The notes beneath the pieces are model-generated. The model saw only the letters and a program-made list of their open reading frames with translations. It searched no databases and was not told the origin of the DNA. Positions 19,111 to 29,561 of a stretch of 64,000 bases of DNA are shown piece by piece. The translations under genes were made by a program, and so were the position numbers. Source of the DNA: Spirochaetia bacterium (GTDB lineage: Bacteria > Spirochaetota > Spirochaetia > SZUA-6 > Bin103); the NCBI GenBank assembly GCA_965203905.1, contig CBDBDQ010000005.1, positions 4,448,001 to 4,512,000 on the forward strand. The letters are read 5' to 3'. Every line of letters begins with the position of its first letter. The first letter of the stretch is position 1.

Positions 19111-20646
19111 TCAGTAGGCGCGGGCGAACACCACCTGGGCGGCGTCGGCGGCGCCGGTGAAGGCGCAGGTCGAGTTGCCGCCGGCCGCGACCGTACCCTC
19201 GCCGTTTACCCCCAAGATGCAGCGGGGACTCACCTTGAGCCGTTTCAGCAGGGTCTGAAACGACTCCTCCTGCTCGGCACCCTCAGCCATCGCGGCGATG
19301 GCGAAGCCGGCGGATGCTTCGTCGGTGAAGTACTCCTCCAGCTCGGCGGCGCCGGCCACGGCAACGGTGTGGGCCTCCTGGAAGCTGCGCGCGCGCCGCA
19401 GCAGGGCGTCCTGGATCTCGCCGAGCAGCGCGGGGGCCTCGGCCACGAAACGGTCGAGCGGCACCGGGTGCCGTTCGCGCGGCGGGCGGTCGCGGCGTGC
19501 GACCGACACGGCGCCGGCCTCCAGGTCGCGGGGACCCACCTCGAGGCGCAACGGCACCCCGCGCTTCACGTGGTGCCAGTTCTTCTCGCCGCCACGCAGG
19601 TCACGGTCGTCGATGGCGGCCCGCAGCGGCTCGCCGCCGAAGCGCGCCGCGCTCAACTGCTGCTGCAGTTGCCGGCAGCAGGCCAGCACCGCGGAACGCT
19701 GCGCTTCGTCCTTGTAGATCGGCAGGATCACCGCCTGCTGCGGGGCCAGGCGCGGCGGCAGCACCACCCCGTCGTCGTCGCCGTGGGTCATGATCAGGCC
19801 CCCCACCAGGCGCGTGGAGACACCCCAGGAGGTGGTCCAGGCGTACGCCATGGCGCCGTCACGGTCGGCGAAGCTGATGGAGCAGGCCTTGGCGAAGTTC
19901 TGACCCAGAAAGTGGGAGGTCCCCGCCTGCAGCGCCTTGCGGTCCTGCATCATCGCTTCGATGGTGTAGGTGTTGACGGCGCCGGGAAAGCGCTCGGCGG
20001 CGCTCTTTTCGCCGCGGATCACCGGCATCGCCATGTAGTTCTCCGCGAAGTCGGCGTATACCCCGAGCATGCGCAGGGTCTCCTCCTGCGCCTCCGCGGC
20101 CGTGGCATGCACGGTGTGTCCCTCCTGCCAGAGGAACTCGGCGGTGCGCAGGAACAGGCGCGGGCGCAACTCCCAGCGCACCACGTTGGCCCACTGATTG
20201 ATCAGGATCGGCAGGTCGCGGTAGGACTGCACCCACTTGGAGTACATCTCGCCGATGATGGTCTCACTGGTCGGCCGCACCACGTAGGGCTCGTCGAGCT
20301 CGCCGGCCGGCACCAGGCCGCCGTCCTTGCCCGGCTCCAGGCGATGGTGGGTCACCACCGCGCACTCCTTGGCGAACCCCTCGACGTGTTCCGCTTCCCG
20401 TTCCAGGTAGCGCAACGGGATGAACAGGGGAAAGTAGGCGTTGGAGTGCCCGGTGGCCTTGAACATGCCGTCGAGCACGCGCTGCATGTTCTCCCATACC
20501 GCGTAGCCCCACGGCTTGATCACCATGCAGCCGCGCACCGGCGACAACTCCGCCAGGTCCGCGGCGCGCACCACCTGCTGGTACCACTCGGGATAGTTCT
20601 CGGCACGGGTCGGGGAAATGGCGGTTCGCGCTCGTCCTGCTGCCAT
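19111..20646 (-). CDS. proS: Proline--tRNA ligase (archaeal/eukaryotic type)
   Basis: VRPTSETII, NQWANVVRWE, FLWQEGHT, QAGTSHFLGQNF, TTSWGVSTRL, C-terminal FARAY. Confidence 0.95.
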   Translation of the reverse strand: MAAGRARTAISPTRAENYPEWYQQVVRAADLAELSPVRGCMVIKPWGYAVWENMQRVLDGMFKATGHSNAYFPLFIPLRYLEREAEHVEGFAKECAVVTHHRLEPGKDGGLVPAGELDEPYVVRPTSETIIGEMYSKWVQSYRDLPILINQWANVVRWELRPRLFLRTAEFLWQEGHTVHATAAEAQEETLRMLGVYADFAENYMAMPVIRGEKSAAERFPGAVNTYTIEAMMQDRKALQAGTSHFLGQNFAKACSISFADRDGAMAYAWTTSWGVSTRLVGGLIMTHGDDDGVVLPPRLAPQQAVILPIYKDEAQRSAVLACCRQLQQQLSAARFGGEPLRAAIDDRDLRGGEKNWHHVKRGVPLRLEVGPRDLEAGAVSVARRDRPPRERHPVPLDRFVAEAPALLGEIQDALLRRARSFQEAHTVAVAGAAELEEYFTDEASAGFAIAAMAEGAEQEESFQTLLKRLKVSPRCILGVNGEGTVAAGGNSTCAFTGAADAAQVVFARAY

Positions 20647-20730
20647 GGCTGGCGCTACGGTACCGGCTTTGGCGCCCAAAGAACAAGCTGACCGCCGCCG
20701 CTCACCTTCGCCACGCCCTGGCGGATCAGG

Positions 20731-22785
20731 TCACTCCAGCCACACGTGGACGGTACGCTCGGGTGTGAGCGGCGATCCGGGCGCAGGGTCCTGGCGGATG
20801 ACGTAGCCGGAACCGTGCAGCGCCAGCCGCAGGTCGGGCGCGGCCAACAGCGGCAGCAGGCGTCGTTTCGGCAAGCCGACCAGGTTGGGCAACTCGGCGC
20901 CGAGCGTCAGATGGGGCGTCGCCGAGACCGTGATGTGAGCGGGGTGGAGCAGCGGTTCCTCGTCTTGGTGCGGCAGCCGGTAGTAGGAGGCGAGGAAGGT
21001 GGCCACCTCGTGCAGCGCCGGAGCGGCGATCAGGCCTCCGTAGCGCTGGTCGCCCTTCGGGTGCTGAATCACGACGTAGGCGATGAATCGGGGAGCGTCG
21101 GCCGGCAGCACACCCAGGATCGATGCGATCAGGTGCTCGTTCGAGTAGACTCCCTCGTTCTGGTCGAACACCTGCGCGGTGCCGGTCTTCACGGCGATCC
21201 GGTAGCCCTTCAGGCGCGCCAGTCGCCCGGTACCCTCTTCGGCCACCGTTTCCATCATCCCCAGGACCGAGGCCGCAGTCTCGGGCGCCAGCACGGTACG
21301 TATCGGTTCGGGGGCGAACGATTTGACCACCGTCCCGTCGGCCGCGACGATCTTGTGCACCAACTGCGGACGCAGCAGCGTGCCGCCGGTGGTCAGGGTG
21401 GTGGCCGCCTGCACGATCTGCAGCGGTGTCACCGAGATCTCCTGGCCGATCGCCACGGTGGGCTTGGTGCGCCCGGACCACTCGGCGACGGGGCGCAGCA
21501 GTCCGGGGCTTTCGCCCAGGAGCGGCACTCCGGTGGGCTCGCCGAAGCCAAACGTGCGCAGCATGCGGTAGAAGCTGTGTGCATCGATCCGGTCCGAAGC
21601 GTGCGCGATGCCGGCATTGCTGGAGTAGCGGAGAATCTGCTCCGGGTCCAGGTCCCCGTACACGCCCAGGTCGGCAATGCGAATGACGCCGCCGTTGGGC
21701 AGGGTGCGGCGGTAGTAGCCGGGACTGGGAAAGCTCATCGACGTCGTGACGGCCCCCGTCTGCAGCAACGCTCCCATGGTGAACACCTTGAATACCGAGC
21801 CCGGCTCGTAGGAATCGGTGGCGATTGCGTTGCGCCAGCGTTCGCTGGGGAAGGCGGTGTAGTCGTTGGGATCGAATCCCGGTTGCGCGGCGTAGCTGAG
21901 GACTTCGCCGCTGGCGGCGTCTGCCACGATGATGAACACCGCGTCCGCGTCATGCTCGCCGAGGGTGGCGCCGGCGATTTCCTCCATCGCGTGCTGGACC
22001 TCAACGTCAATCGTCAGGAACACCCTGTTGCCGAACACGCCGGTGCCGTCGGCCGTGATCGTGTCCGGTGCCAATACGTAGTTGAAGGTGTTCTCGATGC
22101 CTTCCAGCCCGACGTTGTCGACCCCGACGAACCCCAGCAGATGGGCCGCCAGTGTCCCCTCCGGATAGGAACGGGTCTGCTCCGGCCGCAGGTCAATGCC
22201 CTGCAGCTCGCCGCTTTCCATGGCTGCGCGGATACGGGCCGACTGTTCAGGGGTGATGTGACGCCGAATAAAGGCGAATCCGGTACCGCGCAACCGTTCC
22301 AGCACCTCTTCGGCCGCCGTATCGAGGATCTCTGCCAGCAGCTCGGCCGAGTCCTCGGGGGAGGTGACGGCGGGCACCCAGGCGGTGACCGAGTCGCGTT
22401 CGATGGTGAGCGCGAGCACCCGCCCGTTGCGGTCCAGGATCGGACCGCGCTCCACTTCGGGGAGGCGTACCGCCGGCCCTTCCGCTGGGAAGTCGAGGCC
22501 CGTCATGACGGTCGCATAGCGGTAGATGAGAGCCAGGAAGCAGAGGCCGAGAAACGAGACGAATATGAAGAGCCGTCGCGCCGTCGGATCGCGGCGCGGT
22601 CTCTCCGGCGGATCGAGCGGAGGCGTGTCATGCAGATGGTCGCCGGTGTCGGCACGCACATTGGACTTATCGGCTGCGTCGCGTGCATGGCCAACATGGC
22701 CGCCGCAAAAGCGTCGTCGCCCGCGTTTCCGCCGCGCCGGTCGCACGGCTGGCGCGTGCACCCGGCTGGCGCCGCCACTTCCCAT
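20731..22785 (-). CDS. ftsI: Class B penicillin-binding protein (FtsI-like) with PASTA domain
   Basis: RGPILDRNG, EPGSVFK (SxxK), SSN, KTGTAQ, C-terminal PASTA. True start probably about 22659. Confidence 0.8.
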   Translation of the reverse strand: MGSGGASRVHAPAVRPARRKRGRRRFCGGHVGHARDAADKSNVRADTGDHLHDTPPLDPPERPRRDPTARRLFIFVSFLGLCFLALIYRYATVMTGLDFPAEGPAVRLPEVERGPILDRNGRVLALTIERDSVTAWVPAVTSPEDSAELLAEILDTAAEEVLERLRGTGFAFIRRHITPEQSARIRAAMESGELQGIDLRPEQTRSYPEGTLAAHLLGFVGVDNVGLEGIENTFNYVLAPDTITADGTGVFGNRVFLTIDVEVQHAMEEIAGATLGEHDADAVFIIVADAASGEVLSYAAQPGFDPNDYTAFPSERWRNAIATDSYEPGSVFKVFTMGALLQTGAVTTSMSFPSPGYYRRTLPNGGVIRIADLGVYGDLDPEQILRYSSNAGIAHASDRIDAHSFYRMLRTFGFGEPTGVPLLGESPGLLRPVAEWSGRTKPTVAIGQEISVTPLQIVQAATTLTTGGTLLRPQLVHKIVAADGTVVKSFAPEPIRTVLAPETAASVLGMMETVAEEGTGRLARLKGYRIAVKTGTAQVFDQNEGVYSNEHLIASILGVLPADAPRFIAYVVIQHPKGDQRYGGLIAAPALHEVATFLASYYRLPHQDEEPLLHPAHITVSATPHLTLGAELPNLVGLPKRRLLPLLAAPDLRLALHGSGYVIRQDPAPGSPLTPERTVHVWLE

Positions 22786-22857
22786 CGGTCTGCAACGAGA
22801 CTACCCTAAGGGTGTGCTGAGGATTAGTACGCAGGGTCACTCCGTGGCGCGGAGATC

Positions 22858-24297
22858 ATGAATACCGCTGCACTTGGTTCGCCTGCCGGACATCGCGCTG
22901 CCCTGGTTGCGGGTGTGCTGCTGGCCCTGGTCACGGTTGTCGGATCCGGACAGTCCACGGCGGGCGACGCTCCGAGTCTGGAGCAACTGGTGCGGGCAGC
23001 CATGGCCCGCGACCCGGCGCTGGCGCAACGGCAGTTGGAGGTCCGCAATCGGCAGCTCGGCGTCACCCGTCGCGCCGCGGGCAAGGGTTTCGGGCTGGCG
23101 CTGAGCTTGTCGGATCCGGAAGGGCCGACGGGACTGTTGGGCTTCACGCTGGCGGACATCGGCGGTGGCAACGAATTCGACGTTCGCTACGGCATCAACA
23201 CCAGCCTGACAGCGAGTCTGCCGTATCCGCTTGGCACCATCTCCACCACCGCCTCCATCCGCGGACCGGTAGAGGAGTCCGCCGACGAGAGTCCCTGGGA
23301 CGTGACGCCGGTGGCTGCACTCGGGCTCTCCACTCGTGTCGAGCAGCCGCTGGGCTCGTTGCTGGGGCTCGATGCCAGGGACGCGGACGACCTGGAAGCG
23401 GCCCACGCGGTAGTGCAGGCGGAACGCGGCGTGCGCGCGCGGGTACGGGCCATTTCCCGCGACGTACTACAGCGCATGATCGCGATCCTGCGGCACCGGA
23501 TCGCCGAGCGGCGTGCCGCGCATACCGTGGCGGAACTGGAGGAAGAAGTGGTGCGCCGGCGGGACGTGTTCCAGGACAACGAGCAGAGCCACCGCTTCCA
23601 GACGCTGCTGTTCAACGTCGAGCGGGAACGGCGCGGCCTGCAGACCACGCAGCTTCTGCTGCAACAGGATCGCGACGCCTTCGAGGAGTTGACGGGGAGC
23701 GGCGACTTCGGCCGCCTCGACGAGGTGCCCCTGTCGCTGCCTCCGCCAGAGCAGGCGGAGCGCGCTCCGGAGGTGGTGGACGCCACCGTCGACCTGCGTG
23801 CCAGCGAGCACCGCATCCGGGAGGATGCCAACAGCAACTGGCCGGAGGTAGCCTTCGATGCCAGCTACGATTGGCGCGAGAACAGGCTGTCCGCCGGGGT
23901 CGGCTTCAACCTGGTCCTGCCGCTGCTGGACGGCGGCCTGCAGCGGATCAGGGACGAGGAGTTGAACAACGCCCGCAGAGCCGCCGAGCTGGCCGGCACG
24001 GTCGCCCGGCGCGGTTTTGCGGATGCCCTGGTCGATGCCGAACGCCGCATCCGCGACCTGGACCACCGCACCTGGGAGCATCGCGAGCGCATCCGTCTGG
24101 CGGCGTTGAGGGTGGCGGAGACGCGAGCGGCGCTGGAGGCGGGCGTCGTGGTCCCGTCGGACCTGCGGCAGGCGGAACTGGAGCAGGAGCTGCTGGCTCT
24201 GGACGCCGAGGTCCTGCGCGCGGAGCGCTGGCTGCTGAAGCTCGATCTGGATGCCCTCACCGACGCCGATCCGCTGAACTTCGCGGCCGCCCGGTAG
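22858..24297 (+). CDS. TolC-family outer-membrane protein
   Basis: Signal peptide, SLEQLVRAAMARDP, WPEVAFDASY, LPLLDGG, long helical segments. Confidence 0.65.
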   Translation: MNTAALGSPAGHRAALVAGVLLALVTVVGSGQSTAGDAPSLEQLVRAAMARDPALAQRQLEVRNRQLGVTRRAAGKGFGLALSLSDPEGPTGLLGFTLADIGGGNEFDVRYGINTSLTASLPYPLGTISTTASIRGPVEESADESPWDVTPVAALGLSTRVEQPLGSLLGLDARDADDLEAAHAVVQAERGVRARVRAISRDVLQRMIAILRHRIAERRAAHTVAELEEEVVRRRDVFQDNEQSHRFQTLLFNVERERRGLQTTQLLLQQDRDAFEELTGSGDFGRLDEVPLSLPPPEQAERAPEVVDATVDLRASEHRIREDANSNWPEVAFDASYDWRENRLSAGVGFNLVLPLLDGGLQRIRDEELNNARRAAELAGTVARRGFADALVDAERRIRDLDHRTWEHRERIRLAALRVAETRAALEAGVVVPSDLRQAELEQELLALDAEVLRAERWLLKLDLDALTDADPLNFAAAR

Positions 24298-24370
24298 GGT
24301 AGCCCCTCAGGACGGTTGCGGGCGTACGCGGTGGCCGCCGTCGCGAAATTGAGGTATTCTGGTCATTGCT

Positions 24371-24610
24371 ATGACGGTAGTGCTGGCGGTCGGCATCATG
24401 GTGCTGTTGGCGGTGTTCCTCGGACTGCGCGTGCTGTTCGGGAAGGACGAAGAGGTGCGCAAGCCGGGTTGCTCCAACGCCAACGCGTTCATGGATCAGC
24501 AGGAGGCGTGTCCCGTGTGCGGGGTTGCGCCCGGGCAGACCTGTGCCAACGAGGCCACGCAGACGACTGCCGTGGCCGATCCTCCGCCAGGCAGGCCCCC
24601 GGTCAGGTAA
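24371..24610 (+). CDS. Small membrane-anchored Cys-rich protein
   Basis: N-terminal TM helix, KPGCS and CPVCGVAPGQTC. Confidence 0.55.
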   Translation: MTVVLAVGIMVLLAVFLGLRVLFGKDEEVRKPGCSNANAFMDQQEACPVCGVAPGQTCANEATQTTAVADPPPGRPPVR

Positions 24611-25001
24611 TCGCGACGTTCACCTTGCGCTCGGGGCGCTGGTGGAGGTGAGGGTGTCCCGGCATTCCCACTCCGATCCGTATCGACGGGCCGTCACCCT
24701 TGGGAAAGATATGATGGAAAGTGAGCGCGGGAACGAAGATGAAGTCGCCGGCGCGCGCGTGGACGGTCTCTTCCCGGCCTTCGATCACCCAGTCGATCTC
24801 GCCTTCCATCACCACCCACCATTCGTCGTAGTCGTGCACGTGGCGGTCGTTGATGGTGCCCGGCGGCTGGCAGATCGCGGTGGCGACCACGTGGTCCAGC
24901 AGCACCACCTGCCGGGCCCACGGCGGCTCCCCCATCTCCCGCTTGATCTGCTGCAGGTTGATGCAGCTGCGGGTTGTGCCCAAAATCGGATCGTGCAACA
25001 T
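24603..25001 (-). CDS. Cupin domain protein
   Basis: HVHDYDEWWVVMEGE and AGDFIFVPALTFHHI. Confidence 0.85.
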   Translation of the reverse strand: MLHDPILGTTRSCINLQQIKREMGEPPWARQVVLLDHVVATAICQPPGTINDRHVHDYDEWWVVMEGEIDWVIEGREETVHARAGDFIFVPALTFHHIFPKGDGPSIRIGVGMPGHPHLHQRPERKVNVAIT

Positions 25002-25108
25002 GTTCGCAGGGTAGTGCGGCGCGCTGCGTCCGTCGAGCCCTCGGCCGCGTTGCGCCGAACGTGCGGCGGCTGGCCACGTTTAGTCCAAGCTACACAGGAG
25101 ACCCTGCA

Positions 25109-26035
25109 ATGAAGGCGCTGGTAACCGACGAGTGGGCATTGCGTTACGTGAATGAGCTGAAGGCGGAGTTCGCCGCGGTCGAGTTCGTTCGGGAGGCGTC
25201 GGCGGACGTCGAAGTGGTGATCGGCCGCGTCGACCATGCGGTGCTGGAGCGGACGCCGCAGGTCAAGTGGATCCAGGCCCTCAGCGCGGGAGTGGAGTGG
25301 CTGCGCGAGGTTCCGGCGCTGGCCACCTCCGACATCGTGGTCACCAACGCCCGTGGCGCCCATGCCGCCACCATTGCCGAGCACGCGCTCGGCATGCTCG
25401 TGTTTCTCGCGCGGCACTTCGATGCCCTCTACCGAGCCCAGCAGGAGCGGGTCTGGGTGTCGCCGGCGCCCGCCGGCACCGTGGGGCTTTCCGGGCTGAC
25501 CATGGGCGTGATCGGATTAGGCCACATCGGCCGGGCGATCGCGGTGCGGGCCCACGGGTTCGAGATGAAGGTTATCGCCGTGGACGTCCACGAGCTGCCG
25601 AAGCCGGACTGCGTGGCGGAGTTGCGCCTGCTCGACGGCCTGGACGACCTGCTGCGCCGGGCCGACGTGGTGGCGGTGGCAACGCCCATCACCGACCGGA
25701 CCCGGGGCATGTTGGGAGCGCGGGAGCTGGCGCTGCTGAAGCCGAGCGCCTATCTCCTGGTGATGTCGCGCGGCGGCATCGTGGACGAGCCGACCGTCGC
25801 GCGCATGCTGCGGGAGGGCACGCTGGCCGGGGCGGGGCTGGATGTCACCGCGGTGGAGCCGCTGCCCGCCGACAGCGAGCTGTGGGATGCCCCGAACAGC
25901 ATCATCACGCCGCACAGCTCGCCGGTCTCCGAACAGACCCACGCCTCGGTCACGGCCGTTCTGCGGCGCAATCTGAACCACTACCTGGCGGGGGAGCCGC
26001 TGGAGAACGTGGTCGACACGAAGCTGGGCTACTGA
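25109..26035 (+). CDS. D-2-hydroxyacid dehydrogenase
   Basis: AEHA, GLGHIG, SRGGIVDE, LDVTAVEPLP, TPH; AGGAG RBS before ATG 25109. Confidence 0.9.
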   Translation: MKALVTDEWALRYVNELKAEFAAVEFVREASADVEVVIGRVDHAVLERTPQVKWIQALSAGVEWLREVPALATSDIVVTNARGAHAATIAEHALGMLVFLARHFDALYRAQQERVWVSPAPAGTVGLSGLTMGVIGLGHIGRAIAVRAHGFEMKVIAVDVHELPKPDCVAELRLLDGLDDLLRRADVVAVATPITDRTRGMLGARELALLKPSAYLLVMSRGGIVDEPTVARMLREGTLAGAGLDVTAVEPLPADSELWDAPNSIITPHSSPVSEQTHASVTAVLRRNLNHYLAGEPLENVVDTKLGY

Positions 26036-26066
26036 CGCCGGGCAACGCGGAAACTGACGCCCGGCG
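26036..26066. terminator. Hairpin between convergent genes
   Basis: CGCCGGGC...GCCCGGCG inverted repeat between two stop codons; no U tract. Confidence 0.35.
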
Positions 26067-26071
26067 CCCCC

Positions 26072-26845
26072 TCACACCGCCGCGATGTAGCCGCCGTCCA
26101 CCAACAGGCTGGAGCCGGTGATCCACTCGCCGTCTTCCGACGCCAGGAACACCACGGCGCGGCCGATGTCGCGCGGCGTGCCGAAGCGGGGCAGGGCGGT
26201 ACGCTGGCGTGCCTCCTCCACCTGCTGCGGGGTCATGTAGTCCTGGATCGCGGTCTCGATGTAGCCGGGGCAGATGGCGTTGCAGGTGATGCCGTGGGCG
26301 CCCAGTTCCCATGCCGTGTCCCGCGCCAGGTTCACCAGGGCCGCCTTGCTGGCGGCATAGGGCGCACCGCCGCCGCCCCCGTACGCGTGCACCGAGGCGA
26401 TGTGGATGATGCGCCCCGCGGCGGAGCGCTTGAGGTGCGGCACGGCCAGCTTGGTGGCCACGAAGGCGGAACGCAGGTTCACCGCCATGATGCGGTCGAA
26501 CTGTTCCAGCGAGAGCTGCTGCGAGTCCGCCAGCGTCGTGATGCCCGCATTGTTGACCACGATGTCCAGGCCTCCGAGCTCGCCCACGGTGCGCTCCACC
26601 AGCGTCTCCATCTGCGCTGCGTCGCCGACGTCGGTGGACACGAACAGCGCGCGCCCTCCCAGCTCGGCGATCGCCGCCGCGGTCGGCGGTCGCGGCTCGG
26701 TCTCGTGGTAGATGCCGATCTTGGGATCCTCACGGATGTCGGCCACCGCCACGGCGGCGCCTTCGCGTGCCAGCTCCAGGGCGATTCCGCGGCCGATGCC
26801 GGAGCTGGCGCCGGTGACAATGGCCACTCGGTTCTGCAGAAGCAT
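26072..26845 (-). CDS. SDR-family oxidoreductase
   Basis: TGASSGIG, NNAG, YAASK, CPGYIET, GSSLLVDGG. Confidence 0.9.
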   Translation of the reverse strand: MLLQNRVAIVTGASSGIGRGIALELAREGAAVAVADIREDPKIGIYHETEPRPPTAAAIAELGGRALFVSTDVGDAAQMETLVERTVGELGGLDIVVNNAGITTLADSQQLSLEQFDRIMAVNLRSAFVATKLAVPHLKRSAAGRIIHIASVHAYGGGGGAPYAASKAALVNLARDTAWELGAHGITCNAICPGYIETAIQDYMTPQQVEEARQRTALPRFGTPRDIGRAVVFLASEDGEWITGSSLLVDGGYIAAV

Positions 26846-26861
26846 GCGCGTATTGTACCGG

Positions 26862-28373
26862 TTACAGCCCAGGCACGATTTCCGACTCCTTGAGCACCAC
26901 GTCGTGGGCGCCACCTTCCCGCAGGCTGGTGGCGGAGACCACCGTAAGCCGTGCTTCCCGGTGCAGCGCCGCGATGTCGGTGACCCCGCAGTTGCACATG
27001 GTGCTCTTGATCTTGCCCAGCGTCTGGTTGAGGTTGTCGCGCAGCTCGCCGGCGTAGGGCACGTAGCCGTCCACACCTTCCTCGAAGGCGAGCCCACCCG
27101 CCTGCGGGTGGCCGTTGTAGCGCTGCCAGTTGCGGGCCCTGATGGTGCCCTCGCCCCAGTACTCCTTGACGAAGTTGGTGCCCATGCGGAGACGCGGCGC
27201 GGGACTCTCGTCGAAGCGCGCGAAGTAGCGGCCCATCATCACGCAGTCCGCCCCCATCGCCAGTGCCAGGGTGATGTGGTAGTCGTGGAAGATGCCGCCG
27301 TCGGCGCAGATCGGGACGTACTCGCCGGTCTCCTGCAACAGCCGGTCGCGGGCCGCCGCGACGTCCAGCACCGCGCTGGCTTGGCCGCGGCCCATTCCTT
27401 TCTGCTCCCGCGTGATGCAGATCGAGCCGGGGCCCACGCCCACCTTGACGAAGTCGGCGCCCGCCGCGGCGAGGTAGCGGAATCCCTCGCCGTCCACCAC
27501 GTTGCCGGCGCCGACGCACACGCTGTCCCCGTAGCGTTCCTTCACCCACGCCAGGCAGTCGTGCTGGAACTCGGAATAGCCGTCCGAGGAATCGATGCAC
27601 AGCACGTCGACCCCCGCGTCGATCAGGCTGGGCACGCGCTCGGCGTAGTCGTGGGTGTTGATTCCGGCACCCACCATGAGCCGTTTCTCGTGGTCGATCA
27701 GCTCGTCCGGATTCTCCTTGTGCTCGTCGTAGTCCTTGCGGAACACCAGGTAGCGCAGCCGGTGCTCGTGGTCGATGATCGGCAGGCAGTTGAGGCGGTG
27801 CTCCCAGATCAGGTTGTTGGCCTCGGTCAGGGTGATGCCGTCGCGGCCGTACACGAGCTCCCGGAACGGCGTCATCAGGTCTTCCACCGGCTGCTCCAGG
27901 GCGACGTGGCCGAGGCGGTAGTCGCGGCCGGTGAGGATGCCCAGCAGGCGGCCGTTGGCGCTGCCGCTGTCGGTCACCGCCATGGTGGTGTGTCCGGTGG
28001 TGCGGCTGAGCTCCAGCACGTCACGCAGCGTCGCCCGTGGCGAGACGTTGGTGTCGCTTACCACGAATCCGGCCTTGAACTTCTTCACCCGGCGCACCAT
28101 TTCCGCCTGCTGCGCTATCGGCTGCGAGGTGAAGATGAACGCCAGGCCGCCCGAGCGTGCCAGCGCCACCGCCATCGCGTCGTCGGACACCGACTGCATC
28201 ATCGCCGAGATGAGCGGCACGTTCAGGGTGAGCTGCGCGGCGTCGGGTGGCCGGTGGCGGGTCAGCGGCGCGCGCAGACTGACGTTGGCGGGAATGCACT
28301 CGCGCCGCGTCAGGTTGGGAAGCAGCAGGTACTCGCTGAACGTGCGCGAGATTCCGGGTACTACGGTGGCCAT
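26862..28373 (-). CDS. guaB: IMP dehydrogenase with CBS pair
   Basis: [37 protein letters not shown]. Confidence 0.95.
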   Translation of the reverse strand: MATVVPGISRTFSEYLLLPNLTRRECIPANVSLRAPLTRHRPPDAAQLTLNVPLISAMMQSVSDDAMAVALARSGGLAFIFTSQPIAQQAEMVRRVKKFKAGFVVSDTNVSPRATLRDVLELSRTTGHTTMAVTDSGSANGRLLGILTGRDYRLGHVALEQPVEDLMTPFRELVYGRDGITLTEANNLIWEHRLNCLPIIDHEHRLRYLVFRKDYDEHKENPDELIDHEKRLMVGAGINTHDYAERVPSLIDAGVDVLCIDSSDGYSEFQHDCLAWVKERYGDSVCVGAGNVVDGEGFRYLAAAGADFVKVGVGPGSICITREQKGMGRGQASAVLDVAAARDRLLQETGEYVPICADGGIFHDYHITLALAMGADCVMMGRYFARFDESPAPRLRMGTNFVKEYWGEGTIRARNWQRYNGHPQAGGLAFEEGVDGYVPYAGELRDNLNQTLGKIKSTMCNCGVTDIAALHREARLTVVSATSLREGGAHDVVLKESEIVPGL

Positions 28374-28496
28374 GCGGGTCTCCTCTCGTAGATGGGATGG
28401 GGTAGCGACGCACCACCACGTGGCGCGGTAACGGTCGGACGGATCGGTTGGGGGCGCGAGCGCGTGACGACGCGCCTCGGACGAGGCGGCCGGCAG

Positions 28497-29561
28497 TCAG
28501 CCTGAGACGGTCTGGCCCTGTGGCGCACGCAGCGCGCCGGTGAGCATGCGCTCGGTCGTGTCCCAGCTGATGCACTCGTCGGTAATGGAGATACCGTAGC
28601 GAAGCTCGCCGGGATCGTCGGGGATACTCTGCCGGCCCTCGAACAGGTTGCTCTCCAGCATGGCGCCGACGATCGGGCAGGCGGGGGACTGCGCCCGCTG
28701 TTCCAGCACGCTGTTCCAGGCGGTCTCCTGGTTCTGATGTTTCTTGCCGGAATTGTCGTGGCTGCAATCCACCATCAGCACCGGCGCCAGTCCGGAATGG
28801 TCCAGGCGGTCGACTGCCGCGCGTACGCTGGCCGCGTCGTAGTTGGTGCCGGTGCGGCCGCCGCGCAGGATCACGTGGCCGGTCCGGTTGCCGCGGGTGC
28901 TCACGACGCCGATGCGACCGTCCTGGTCGAGGCCCAGGAAGCGGTGTGGATCACGCGCCGAGACGATGGCGTCGATGGCCACCTGCAGGTTGCCGTCGGT
29001 GGAGTTCTTGAAGCCCACCGGCATCGACAGCCCGCTGGCCATCTCGCGATGGGTCTGCGACTCCGTGGTGCGCGCCCCGACCGCGGCCCATGCCACCAGG
29101 TCCGCGGTGTACTGGGGCACGATGGGGTCGAGCACCTCGGTGGCGGTGGGCAGCCCCAGCTCGTTGATCGCCAGCAGGATACGGCGGGCCATGCGCAACC
29201 CTTCGGGAATGTCAGAGGAGTAGTCGAGATGGGGGTCGATGATCATCCCCCGCCAGCCCACCGTGGTGCGCGGCTTTTCGAAGTACACGCGCATGATCAC
29301 GACGATCTCGTGCTGCACGCGGGTGGCCAGCTCGGCCAGGCGGCCGGCGTACTCCAGCGCCGCCCGCTCGTCGTGGATGGAGCAGGGACCGACGATCACC
29401 AGCAGGCGCGGGTCGCGCCGTGAGAGAATCTTCACCACCGTCTCCCGCGCCCGCACCACGGTCTCGTTGGCCGCCGGCCGCATTGGCAGTTCCTGCTTCA
29501 GCGCCCGCGGCGAGATGAGGGGGTCGATGGCGTGAACGTTGAGATCGAAAGTACGCTGCAT
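28497..29561 (-). CDS. aroG: DAHP synthase, class I-alpha (AroF/G/H type)
   Basis: GPCSIHD, RVYFEKPRTTVGW, GARTTESQTHRE, GFKNSTDG, DCSHDNS, SITDECI. The paralog letter cannot be determined. Confidence 0.9.
   Translation of the reverse strand: MQRTFDLNVHAIDPLISPRALKQELPMRPAANETVVRARETVVKILSRRDPRLLVIVGPCSIHDERAALEYAGRLAELATRVQHEIVVIMRVYFEKPRTTVGWRGMIIDPHLDYSSDIPEGLRMARRILLAINELGLPTATEVLDPIVPQYTADLVAWAAVGARTTESQTHREMASGLSMPVGFKNSTDGNLQVAIDAIVSARDPHRFLGLDQDGRIGVVSTRGNRTGHVILRGGRTGTNYDAASVRAAVDRLDHSGLAPVLMVDCSHDNSGKKHQNQETAWNSVLEQRAQSPACPIVGAMLESNLFEGRQSIPDDPGELRYGISITDECISWDTTERMLTGALRAPQGQTVSG

Noticed and set aside
20746-22809. Long antisense ORFs (also 8213-9868, 26712-28391, 57902-60046, 59968-62457 and others)
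   Set aside because: Shadow frames of real genes in GC-rich DNA, with no motifs of their own.
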